Positions 19,551 to 30,800 of a stretch of DNA of 64,000 nucleotides are shown here, one piece after another (position 1 is the stretch's first letter; each line of letters opens with the position of its first letter). The notes beneath the pieces were generated by a model. That model worked only from the letters and a program-made list of their open reading frames with translations, was not told the DNA's origin and did not search any database. The translations under genes were made by a program, and so were the position numbers. This stretch comes from Candidatus Latescibacterota bacterium (GTDB lineage: Bacteria; Latescibacterota; UBA2968; GCA-2709665): assembly GCA_965237675.1 (NCBI GenBank), contig OZ250150.1, positions 1,664,001 through 1,728,000 on the forward strand. Direction: 5' to 3'.

Positions 19551-20246
19551 TTAGCGCCATTCGATCAACGCCTTCGCATACGCGCGTCCGACCAGTCTAT
19601 AGCCGTCCCGCAGATACGGCATATGGTGTCCTGACAGAATACAATCCACGTGCCGTTCCGAAAGTCGCTTCAGGGTCCGTATATACGTGGGTTTGTCGAA
19701 TTCCTCTCCGCCCTGCCAGCCCAACTCCGGCTGGTAGTTCGTATTTCCGCAGAACAATACGTCGCCGGCCAGCCAGATGGTCTTTCCCGCGTGTTGGAAC
19801 TGAAAGATGACACATCCGTTCGTGTGGCCCGGCGCATGGATGACCTCGAACCGAAATCCGCAGGCCTCGATTGTGTCGCCGTCCTCAACCACCCGATCCA
19901 CCCTGCAGGCCGGCAACCGGAATCCCGCGGCGTACGGAATGGTGCGCGCGTCCGAACGCTCAATTCCCTCCGCGTCGCCGGGCCCGGCGATCACGAACGC
20001 GCCTCGCTCGCGAATCGCGGCCGCATTGCCGATATGGTCGTAGTGGCTATGCGTCAGGAAGAGGAAATCGACTTTCTCCAGCGAGATTCCCCAAACGCCC
20101 AACTGTGCTTCGGCTCGATCCAGGTCGCCGGGCACCGACCCGGCGTCGACTACGATCGTACCCGCGTCGCTATGCAACACGTAGAAATTCGGGTGCTGCG
20201 CATACGCAAACCCGTCTGCGAGATAGATATCGGGTAGAATCTGCAT
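19551..20246 (-). CDS. Metallo-beta-lactamase-fold hydrolase
   Basis: LTHSHYDHIG, APGHTNG, AGDVLF, LSGH. Confidence 0.9.
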   Translation of the reverse strand: MQILPDIYLADGFAYAQHPNFYVLHSDAGTIVVDAGSVPGDLDRAEAQLGVWGISLEKVDFLFLTHSHYDHIGNAAAIRERGAFVIAGPGDAEGIERSDARTIPYAAGFRLPACRVDRVVEDGDTIEACGFRFEVIHAPGHTNGCVIFQFQHAGKTIWLAGDVLFCGNTNYQPELGWQGGEEFDKPTYIRTLKRLSERHVDCILSGHHMPYLRDGYRLVGRAYAKALIEWR

Positions 20247-20272
20247 ACCTGCCTCCGTCGGCTGTCATCCGG

Positions 20273-21149
20273 TTACACGTCCGAGACACCCCGGTACCCC
20301 GGGGGAATAAGCCCTCTCTGATGATCCCGGCACTGCTCGATAAAGCTGCGGTCCTTCAGCAAAAAGCCGGGATCTTCCAGGATACACCGCGTCCCCGCGT
20401 CGATCAGTTCCCTGGCGTTCATAAGCGTCACGGTCGCGTCGCCGATTTTGCCGTACTGAACAAGATTCCGCCTCCGCATCTCGGGCTCCATCAGGAAATA
20501 ATCCCTGGGCACGTTGGGCGTATGCACCTTCTGCACGTGGAGATGAATCCGGCCATTTTCGTCCGCCACTTCCAGACGGGAGGGCTCGTCCATCAACGCG
20601 TAGGGCGCATGCGCGTATTCCTCGCATGCGTGCATCATCGTGCAACTGTTCCATCCAGTTCCCAGGAACATATAGTGAGCCTCCAGCTCTCCCAGCTTTC
20701 CCCAGGCCGTATCCCGTCCACACGGTGTGAAGCAGCGAATCGCGCCTTCCGCCAGGTACTCCGCGCCGTGCCCGATCGCGCACATCGGATTGCTCGAATC
20801 CAGGCATCTGACGGCCCCTTGATGATGCCGACAACACTTCCGTGATCCGTCCCATCCTGGACGGCGAGTGGCGCACGTCGAACGCTGGCGTCTTGTTCGT
20901 GCGGGCATACTCGCAGTGCCATCCGTTGAAATGACACGTATGTACAGCGATGGTTCCCCGGGGCCCTACGGCTTCCATGAAAGCCTCGATCACGGTGTCC
21001 GCTCCGCCTTCTACGTATCCCATACTGCTGAGGGAATTATGGAAAAACACCGAGTCGCCGGGGTTCACTCCCAGTTTTCGAAGGCCGTCGATGATGTCGT
21101 TTTTTTCAACGGTTGCCTTTCCTTCCGGGGAGTATGGCTTTTTTCCCAT
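20273..21149 (-). pseudogene. AAC(3)-family N-acetyltransferase, frameshifted near 20835
   Basis: 5' frame HNSLSSMGYVEGGA...SRMGRITEV; the 3' half continues in the +1 frame CRHHQGAVR...LGTGWNSCTMMHACEE. Confidence 0.75.
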
Positions 21150-21173
21150 CCAAAGGCCTCCTGTGAATTCAAA

Positions 21174-21779
21174 TCAGCTGTGGTAAGTCGCCAGAGACGG
21201 GTGGCCCAGGACGGTGGCGAGCCAGGCCCAGCCCTCGGCGCATCGGCTGGATGTTTCAAACGGGACAAAACCAAAGTCCAGATATAGATTGATCGCGCGC
21301 ACACTGGTGGTCTGGGTGGTCAGGTAGGCCCGATCGTGAAGCTCCGCGATTCGTCCCAGGGTGGCCGCGAGAAGCGGCTTGGCCAGACCTCGGCCCTGAT
21401 ACTCCGGGCGGACGGCGATCCAGTGGATGCGGCCATAGTCCCTGCCGTTGAACGCGTCGTTGTACCAGGCCGTGCTCGTCCCGATCGCGTGGCTGTCCGT
21501 GTCTTCCAGAAACAGACACCGGGCTTCCATCCCGTCGCGGTCCTGTCCGAACTCGCGTTCGAAGCAGGCCAGTGCCCTGTGCCTGGCATCGAAAGACGCG
21601 ACTGCGACCTCGATGTCGGCCCAGAGGTGGTCTTCGCCGTTCCTGTAGTAGCGGAGGCGGTAGCCCCGCGGGAGCGGAAACGACGGAGGGTCCGTCAGAT
21701 CTTCCCTGACCATGACCACGGGTATGTGCTCCTGCTCCCGTTCCCAGGCCGCATTGATTCTCACAATGTCTTCCTCCAT
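21174..21779 (-). CDS. GNAT family N-acetyltransferase
   Basis: WIAVRPEYQGRGLAK, AINLYLDFGF. Confidence 0.9.
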   Translation of the reverse strand: MEEDIVRINAAWEREQEHIPVVMVREDLTDPPSFPLPRGYRLRYYRNGEDHLWADIEVAVASFDARHRALACFEREFGQDRDGMEARCLFLEDTDSHAIGTSTAWYNDAFNGRDYGRIHWIAVRPEYQGRGLAKPLLAATLGRIAELHDRAYLTTQTTSVRAINLYLDFGFVPFETSSRCAEGWAWLATVLGHPSLATYHS

Positions 21780-21831
21780 TTCGAATCCGAAGCGGATCGG
21801 CCGGGCGTATCCACCGCTCTTCTGTCTATAC

Positions 21832-23931
21832 CTATAAACGAGCCGTTCCGGCCTCCGTCAAACCATATGCCTGGCCCTCGCCCAGCACCGTCCCCCATCG
21901 CTCGTCGTCCAGGTGCTCGAGCGCGAGCCCGATCCGGCCGCCGGACGGCCCTCCAAGCACATATATGCTCTCCGGCCGTTCCGGAAGCACCGGGCCCCGG
22001 ACAGGGGCCGCATCGTCCTCGGACGAAGGCACAAGAACAAGCTGTGGCGAACTGCCGGGGACTGCATACCAGAGAGAGATCATCGAATCGTCCGCCGTCC
22101 CAGTGACGATGCAATCTCCGCCGTGAGGCAAAATCGCCCACAGGACGTCCAGGGTCGTCTCGCCGGCCATCGCGAAACGAATGCGGAGGTCCACCTGATC
22201 CATCGCATCCAGATCTTCGGGCGGAATGTCGTAACCGGACAGATAGACTTTCCAATAGGGGTCGACCGGCTGCGGGACCCGTTCGACCGTCGACGCCTGC
22301 GAACAGATCTGATAGAGCCGGCATGCCTGCCCGGAAGGCGCTTGCAGCCGGATCGATCCGTCCGTACCGATCCGGGTTTCGACCTCATGCCCGACGTGAA
22401 AATGGGCTTCCACGGGGCGGGGCTCACGGCCGGAGAACCGGACACGATCCAGAACGAACACGGTGTGGCGGTCCCTTGCGTGCAACACGGTTCGTTCGAA
22501 GGAGAACAGGCCCGGTACGTCGGGATACGCCCCCGCCGCCTCACACCGCACGGCCGAATACACGTTTTTCTCACCGCAGTAAACGCCCGTCACCTCGCCG
22601 CTGGTGTCGGGGTCGACCGACTGTCCCCGCCCGTCGAAGGTGAGCGTATTTTTGAACCCGGTATCAAACCGAAAATACCCCGAAGGTCTGAAAAAATAGT
22701 GCCCGTTGACAAAATACGTAAAACTCGCACGGTCCCGATAATGGGCGTGTTTATTGTGGGTGATGGTCTGTATCGGAAGCCACGAATCTCTCCGCGCCTG
22801 CGACAGACGGCCGCCCGGAAGCGTACACTCGAAACTCAACACCGACGCGTCGTTGTCGAATCCGGTGCGTGAAAAAAACTGACCCAATGAGGGGAAATAG
22901 GCCGCTGCCGGCAGACCGTCCGGCGGCCGCGCCTCGACCCGTGGATCGTACCACAAGAGGCTCCAGCCGTATTCGTGGTAATCCTTCAGAAACGTCCGGT
23001 AAGACTCCTGTTCCGCCTGCCACTGCGCCAGGCCGTCGTTGAACTCGGACGCGAGTTTGTATAGCTGGAACGCCACGACGCCGCCGGTTTCCCCGTGATA
23101 CCGGCCGCTGGGCGTCGAATCGTCCAGAAATACGTACGTTCCGTCCGGCAGAAGGTGGTACGCACGCCAGCAGGACAGCGCCTTGAGCCATGCGATATCA
23201 AACGCATTTTCTCCGAAGATTCGCTTGCGGCCCTCCAGGTAGAACAACATCGGCCCCAGCGCGTAGTTCAGTGGCGCCACGCCCTCGTTCCACGCGCCAT
23301 CGCTCCCCTGAATGGAGACAATCCGTTCCACCTCTTTTTCAACCGTAGACAACCAGTTCCCGGCTTCGTCCGTGAACGGAAGCAGCGCCAGACAGCCGAC
23401 GCCGGCGCCGAAAATCGGCACCCAACAGTCGTGGTAATGGTATCGCCGGCTCCAGCCGGCCTCCCCCGTATCCATATGCCGGACCATCCGCCCGGTCTCG
23501 ACCCGCAACACCTCCACCGCCCGGCGCACGAGCGCATCCGGGAGAACTTTCCCGAACAGGTCCACGCCATAGGCCAGCGCCATGACGTGGAAGGCCACCA
23601 GATAGGAGGATTTGACCTTTTCGTCATCGGCGGCGCCTGCCTCGATCCATCTGGCCAGCCAGCGTTCGGCCAGATCGCTCCAACGTTTGTCGCCGCTGAG
23701 ATGATAGGCGATGCCACAGTTCACAACCAGAGAAAAACAGATCTCGAGGATATCGCTATACGCCGGCTCCTCCAGATCCCAGAGCGTATTGGGAGGATCG
23801 TGGGCCAACCGTCCGTTCAGATCTTCGACCAGCGCCCGGTAGAACTGCGCATGCGAAGAGGCGATGCGCCCGCGCAGTTCGTCGAGATCATCGGCAGACA
23901 GAATCAGACGCGGCGCCGCTGGATCCACCAT
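21832..23931 (-). CDS. Heparinase II/III-like (DUF4962-type) protein
   Basis: PRLIL N-terminus, helical domain, DGAWNEG, F.RTGF, HAH..D..SF, NTLTFDGRGQ, F.RTV..., VLDRV. Confidence 0.72.
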   Translation of the reverse strand: MVDPAAPRLILSADDLDELRGRIASSHAQFYRALVEDLNGRLAHDPPNTLWDLEEPAYSDILEICFSLVVNCGIAYHLSGDKRWSDLAERWLARWIEAGAADDEKVKSSYLVAFHVMALAYGVDLFGKVLPDALVRRAVEVLRVETGRMVRHMDTGEAGWSRRYHYHDCWVPIFGAGVGCLALLPFTDEAGNWLSTVEKEVERIVSIQGSDGAWNEGVAPLNYALGPMLFYLEGRKRIFGENAFDIAWLKALSCWRAYHLLPDGTYVFLDDSTPSGRYHGETGGVVAFQLYKLASEFNDGLAQWQAEQESYRTFLKDYHEYGWSLLWYDPRVEARPPDGLPAAAYFPSLGQFFSRTGFDNDASVLSFECTLPGGRLSQARRDSWLPIQTITHNKHAHYRDRASFTYFVNGHYFFRPSGYFRFDTGFKNTLTFDGRGQSVDPDTSGEVTGVYCGEKNVYSAVRCEAAGAYPDVPGLFSFERTVLHARDRHTVFVLDRVRFSGREPRPVEAHFHVGHEVETRIGTDGSIRLQAPSGQACRLYQICSQASTVERVPQPVDPYWKVYLSGYDIPPEDLDAMDQVDLRIRFAMAGETTLDVLWAILPHGGDCIVTGTADDSMISLWYAVPGSSPQLVLVPSSEDDAAPVRGPVLPERPESIYVLGGPSGGRIGLALEHLDDERWGTVLGEGQAYGLTEAGTARL

Positions 23932-24510
23932 CGGGGAAATTCTCTACCGAATCGGGGATGAAATCGAGTGGCCCAACCTGCACAACATACACGAGATGAC
24001 AGGGATCTCCGGGTTGAAAACAGTTCCCGCGTTGCGCCGACGGCACAGCGAAATTCCGCTCCGATACCGTTCAAATCCCAAAGAGCGCCAACTTTACGAA
24101 ATTCCTCATCCCAAGTCTAAACCATACCAGGAGCAATTGCAAGTCCCATTGACCGTGGAGTGAACGGCGGCGTTTCAATGACACGACGTTTTTGGACCTC
24201 AGTCGCTGGAAAAACAGTTTGGCCGGATCAACCAACACGTCCTGATAGCGGAAGTGGCACCGAGATTCGGGCAATGCGCGTCCTGTGGATGCAGAAGGGA
24301 CCGAGAGGCTCCTCCGTCCCCGACGTTAGTCGCCGGCGATCTCGTGCGACTGATCGCCTGCAGGTACGTGCGGCATAGGGCGATTATTCAGGGGAACTGT
24401 GTCCCCGATGCCGACCCGGATGAGGTATTTTGGTGATTTTTTTTGTGGGACAACCTGTTGCGGCGCATACACTATTAACCTAAAAAATACTACAAATTAT
24501 AATATTTCAT

Positions 24511-24538
24511 TTGACTCTTTGAGAATGAAACTTATAAA
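24511..24538 (+). promoter_or_regulatory. Possible sigma70 promoter for the giant FN3 gene
   Basis: TTGACT-N16-TATAAA in an AT-rich patch. Confidence 0.3.
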
Positions 24539-24881
24539 TTGGCGTCGCATAGTACGAAAAAAATGTCTCCGAAACAGCGTCCGCGAACGGTCCGAGGACA
24601 CGTCGTCAGGGAAACTGCCCGCCGGCGCCACCGTGCCTCATCTCCCAAAGAAACTGTTCGCCCTATTGCAAGGACATCTTGTGCAACTTCACAGATTCGA
24701 ATCGCCCGGTGCCCGGCACACCTCTGCCTCTTCTGGGATGCGAAGGCAGTACTGTGCCTTAAACCGACGGCGCTTCGCACGCTATGAAATTTTCCCGGAA
24801 AAGTGGGCCGACAATATACCCCTGAGCAAGCAGAAAAAACGCAATTTGTGTAGAAATCACAAACATTAAGGGTGCGACATA

Positions 24882-27800
24882 ATGTATTACGCTAAAAGAA
24901 ACGCCGCCAGCGGTATCGCTTTGTTCTTTGTTACAGTGTGGCTCTTGGGCTCTCCTAACCAATCTCACGGTCAGGATATACCAACGCCGACCGTAACTGC
25001 CGTCGCGGGCGACGGGCAGGTGACGCTGACGTGGGGTGAAGTTCAGAGTACAGATCGAGTTACATCCTGGAGATACGGCGTCAAGGAGGGCAGAAATCCG
25101 TATGATTGGAATGAAATACCAGGAAGCAACAGGAACACGACAACCTATACTGTGACGGGTCTGACCAACGGGATCTCGTACCGGTTCAAGGTTCAGGCGC
25201 GAGACGGAACAGAGACCGGTGCTTCGTCGAATACGGTGTCTGCCACCCCCGGGCAGGGGCAGGAATTCCCGACGCCGACCTTGAGTGCGTTAGCGGGAGA
25301 CGAGCAGGTGACGCTCACGTGGAGTGAGGCCGGCGCCACCGATCGAATTTTATCCTGGAGATACGGCGTCAAGGAGGGCAGACAATCGTATGTTTGGAAT
25401 GACGTGCCTGACAGCGACAGGAACACGACGTCCTATATCGTGACCGATCTGACCAACGGTACCTCGTATCGGTTCAAAGTCAGGGCGCAAGACGGAAACA
25501 ACCTTGGACCTTCGTCTGACACTGCCTTCGCCACGCCTGGCCCGCCGCCGGGTGATGCGCCCGGTGCGGTGACGGGGCTGGGTGCGAGTGGGGGCGTGGG
25601 AGAGGTGACGCTGTCGTGGACGAATCCGAGCGGCACGGTCACGTCGAACGAGATCCGCTATGCGGCGGCGGGCGAGTCGCTGCCGGAGACGTGGACGGAC
25701 ATTGGGGTTGCGACGAGCTATACGGTGGGGAGTCTGACGGACTGCACGGAGTATACGTTCGAGGTGCGTGCCGAGAACGCGACAGGCGCGGGCCCTTCGG
25801 AGAGCGTAACGGAGACGCCGGGTGATGCGCCCGGTGCGGTGACGGGGCTGGGAGCGACGGCGGGCGTGGGAGAAGTGGCGTTGACGTGGACGAATCCGAG
25901 CGGCACGGTCACGTCGAACGAGATCCGATACGCGGCGGCGGGCGAGTCTTTGCCGGAGACGTGGACGGACATCGGGGTTGCGACGAGCTATACGGTGGGG
26001 AGTCTGACGGACTGCACGGAGTATACGTTCGAGGTGCGCGCGACGAACAGTTGCGACGATGGCGGGTCGGACAGCGTAACGGAGACGCCGGGTGATGCGC
26101 CCGGTGCGGTGACGGGGCTGGGAGCGACGGCGGGCGTGGGAGAAGTGGCGTTGACGTGGACGAATCCGAGCGGCACGGTCACGTCGAACGAGATCCGATA
26201 CGCGGCGGCGGGCGAGTCTTTGCCGGAGACGTGGACGGACATCGGGGTTGCGACGAGCTATACGGTGGGGAGTCTGACGGACTGCACGGAGTATACGTTC
26301 GAGGTGCGCGCGGTGAATGGGTGCGGCGATGGCGGGTCGGACAGCGTAACGGAGACGCCGGGTGATGCGCCGGGTGTGGTGGCGGGGCTGGGTGCGAGTG
26401 GGGGCGTGGGAGAGGTGACGCTGTCGTGGACGAACCCGAGCGGCACGGTCACGTCGAACGAGATCCGATACGCGGCGGCGGGCGAGTCGCTGCCGGAGAC
26501 GTGGACGGACATCGGGGTTGCGACGAGCTATACGGCTGGGAGTCTGACGGACTGCACGGAGTATACGTTCGAGGTACGTGCGATCAACGGCTGCGGCGAT
26601 GGCGGGTCGGACAGCGTAACGGAGACGCCCGGCAGCGCGCCGGGTGTGGTGGCGGGGCTGGGTGCGAGTGGGGGCGTGGGAGAGGTGACGCTGTCGTGGA
26701 CGAACCCGAGCGGCACGGTCACGTCGAACGAGATCCGATACGCGGCGGCGGGCGAGTCGCTGCCGGAGACGTGGACGGACATCGGGGTTGCGACGAGCTA
26801 TACGGTGGGGAGTCTGACGGACTGCACGGAGTATACGTTCGAGGTACGTGCGATCAACGGCTGCGGCGATGGCGGGTCGGACAGCGTAACGGAGACGCCC
26901 GGCAGCGCGCCGGGTGTGGTGGCGGGGCTGGGTGCGAGTGGGGGCGTGGGAGAGGTGACGCTGTCGTGGACGAATCCTGGCGGCACGGTCACGTCGAACG
27001 AGATCCGATACGCGGCGGCGGGCGAGTCGCTGCCGGAGACGTGGACGGACATCGGGGTTGCGACGAGCTATACGGTGGGGAGTCTGACGGACTGCACGGA
27101 GTATACGTTCGAGGTACGTGCGATCAACGGCTGCGGCGATGGCGGGTCGGACAGCGTGACGGAGACGCCCGGCAGCGCGCCGGGTGTGGTGGCGGGGCTG
27201 GGTGCGAGTGGGGGCGTGGGAGAGGTGACGCTGTCGTGGACGAATCCTGGCGGCACGGTCACGTCGAACGAGATCCGATACGCGGCGGCGGGCGAGTCGC
27301 TGCCGGAGACGTGGACGGACATCGGGGTTGCGACGAGCTATACGGTGGGGAGTCTGACGGACTGCACGGAGTATACGTTCGAGGTACGTGCGATCAACGG
27401 CTGCGGCGATGGCGGGTCGGACAGCGTGACGGAGACGCCCGGCAGCGCGCCGGGTGTGGTGGCGGGGCTGGGTGCGAGTGGGGGCGTGGGAGAGGTGACG
27501 CTGTCGTGGACGAATCCTGGCGGCACGGTCACGTCGAACGAGATCCGATACGCGGCGGCGGGCGAGTCGCTGCCGGAGACGTGGACGGACATCGGGGTTG
27601 CGACGAGCTATACGGTGGGGAGTCTGACGGACTGCACGGAGTATACGTTCGAGGTACGTGCGATCAACGGCTGCGGCGATGGCGGGTCGGACAGCGTGAC
27701 GGAGACGCCCGGCAGCGCGCCGGGTGTGGTGGCGGGGCTGGGTGCGAGTGGGGGCGTGGGAGAGGTGACGCTGTCGTGGACGAATCCTGGCGGCACGGTC

Positions 27801-30800
27801 ACGTCGAACGAGATCCGATACGCGGCGGCGGGCGAGTCGCTGCCGGAGACGTGGACGGACATCGGGGTTGCGACGAGCTATACGGTGGGGAGTCTGACGG
27901 ACTGCACGGAGTATACGTTCGAGGTACGTGCGATCAACGGCTGCGGCGATGGCGGGTCGGACAGCGTGACGGAGACGCCCGGCAGCGCGCCGGGTGTGGT
28001 GACGGGGCTGGGTGCGAGTGGGGGCGTGGGAGAGGTGACGCTGTCGTGGACGAACCCAAGCGGGACGATCACGAACAATCAGGTTCGTTACGCGAAGGAA
28101 GGCACGGATATTAACACGAAGAGCTGGACGGATATCGGGGTGCTGACGAGCCACACGGTGGGCGGTCTGGACGATTGCGCTGAGTATACGTTCGAGGTGC
28201 GCGCGGTGAATGGGTGCGGCGATGGCGGTTCGGACAGCGTGACGGAGACGCCGACTGCGGGTTCAACCGCCGGTCCGGTGAGCGGCCTGACGGTGGCGGC
28301 GGTGCGCGCCAGCGCGGTGGATCTGTCGTGGACGAATCCGGCTGGCGTCACAAAGGTAGAGATCCGTCACGCGCAAAAGGGCGCGGCGTGGTCGTCCTGG
28401 TCGAACGTAGGTGTGGTGACGAGCTACACGGTATCGGGTGTGGACACTTACTGTAACGGCTATAATTTCGAGGTGCGGGCGTACGTCTGCGGTGGTGACG
28501 GATCGTCCAGCACGATGACGCAGGCGACCGGGTCCGCCCCAGGGCCGGTGCGCAACCTGAGCGCGACGGCGGGAAACCGGAGCGTGACGCTGAACTGGGA
28601 TGCTCCCAATACCGGCGGTACTGTCGGGATATATAAGATCCGGATTGGAGACATCACTAAGACCACCACGGGGACCAGCATTACAGTGTCGAACCTGACC
28701 AACTGCGCGGAGTATACCTTCACGGTGCTTGCCAACAACTGTATAGACGATGGCCCATCCAGAAGCGAGGATGCGACGCCGACTGCGGGTTCAACCGCCG
28801 GTCCGGTGAGCGGCCTGGGGGTGGCGGCGGTGCGCGCCAGCGCGGTGGATCTGTCGTGGACGAATCCGGCTGGCGTCACAAAGGTAGAGATCCGTCACGC
28901 GCAAAAGGGCGCGGCGTGGTCGTCCTGGTCGAACGTAGGTGTGGTGACGAGCTACACGGTATCGGGTGTGGACACTTACTGTAACGGCTATAATTTCGAA
29001 GTGCGGGCGTACGTCTGCGGCGGTGGCGGCGGATCGTCCAGCACGATGACGCAGGCGACCGGGTCCGCCCCAGGGCCGGTGCGCAACCTGAGCGAGACGG
29101 CGGGAAACCGGAGCGTGACGCTGAACTGGGATGCTCCCAATACCGGCGGTACTGTCGGGATATATAAGATCCGGATTGGAGACATCACTAAGACCACCAC
29201 GGGGACCAGCATTACAGTGTCGAACCTGACCAACTGCGCGGAGTATACCTTCACGGTGCTTGCCAACAACTGTATAGACGATGGCCCATCCAGAAGCGAG
29301 GATGCGACGCCGACTGCGGGTTCAACCGCCGGTCCGGTGAGCGGCCTGACGGTGGCGGTGCGCGCCAGCGCGGTGGATCTGTCGTGGACGAATCCGGCTG
29401 GCGTCACAAAGGTAGAGATCCGTCACGCGCAAAAGGGCGCGGCGTGGTCGTCCTGGTCGAACGTAGGTGTGGTGACGAGCTACACGGTATCGGGTGTGGA
29501 CACTTACTGTAACGGCTATAATTTCGAAGTGCGGGCGTACGTCTGCGGCGGTGGCGGCGGATCGTCCAGCACGATGACGCAGGCGACCGGGTCCGCCCCA
29601 GGGCCGGTGCGCAACCTGAGCGAGACGGCGGGAAACCGGAGCGTGACGCTGAACTGGGATGCTCCCAATACCGGCGGTACTGTCGGGATATATAAGATCC
29701 GGATTGGAGACATCACTAAGACCACCACGGGGACCAGCATTACAGTGTCGAACCTGACCAACTGCGCGGAGTATACCTTCACGGTGCTTGCCAACAACTG
29801 TATAGACGATGGTCCATCCAGAAGCGAGGATGCGACGCCGACTGCGGGTTCAACCGCCGGTCCGGTGAGCGGCCTGACGGTGGCGGTGCGCGCCAGCGCG
29901 GTGGATCTGTCGTGGACGAATCCGGCTGGCGTCACAAAGGTAGAGATCCGTCACGCGCAAAAGGGCGCGGCGTGGTCGTCCTGGTCGAACGTAGGTGTGG
30001 TGACGAGCTACACGGTATCGGGCCTGGACACCTACTGTAACGGCTATAATTTCGAGGTGCGGGCGTACGTCTGCGGTGGTGACGGCGGATCGTCCAGCAC
30101 GATGACGCAGGCGACCGGGTCCGCCCCAGGGCCGGTGCGCAACCTGAGCGCGACGGCGGGAAACCGGAGCGTGACGCTGAACTGGGATGCTCCCAATACC
30201 GGCGGTACTGTCGGGATATATAAGATCCGGATTGGAGACATCACTAAGACCACCACGGGGACCAGCATTACAGTGTCGAACCTGACCAACTGCGCGGAGT
30301 ATACCTTCACGGTGCTTGCCAACAACTGTATAGACGATGGCCCATCCAGAAGCGAGGATGCGACGCCGACTGCGGGTTCAACCGCCGGTCCGGTGAGCGG
30401 CCTGACGGTGGCGGCGGTGCGCGCCAGCGCGGTGGATCTGTCGTGGACGAATCCGGCTGGCGTCACAAAGGTAGAGATCCGTCACGCGCAAAAGGGCGCG
30501 GCGTGGTCGTCCTGGTCGAACGTAGGTGTGGTGACGAGCTACACGGTATCGGGCCTGGACACCTACTGTAACGGGTATAATTTCGAGGTGCGGGCGTACG
30601 TTTGCGGTGGCGATGGATCGTCCAGCACGATGACGCAGGCGACCGGGTCCGCGCCCGGGGCCGTGACCAACCTCGGTGCGAGGCGGGAGGGTAGCGGGAA
30701 TATTAGTTTGACATGGACGAATCCAGGCGGCCCGATAACCGAGAGTCAGATCCGTTATGCGAAAACGAGCACGTTACTTCCGACCACTTGGACCGACATA

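Noticed and set aside
17848-21779. Antibiotic-resistance island (AAC(3), MBL, GNAT)
   Set aside because: Host-like composition, metabolic context, no signal peptide on the MBL and no integron or IS flanks.
24000-24880. Riboswitch, or a transposase remnant (ORF 24071-24274), in the divergent intergenic region
   Set aside because: No recognisable aptamer consensus, and the ORF resemblance is too weak; needs Rfam and BLASTX.
25350-28154. 934-aa minus-strand and 562-aa alternative-frame repetitive ORFs
   Set aside because: Shadows of the GC-rich FN3 repeats with Arg-rich composition and no motifs.
25551-30650. Long repeat arrays as CRISPR or non-coding repeats
   Set aside because: Units are 270 and 528 bp, in frame, with no unique spacers and no cas genes.
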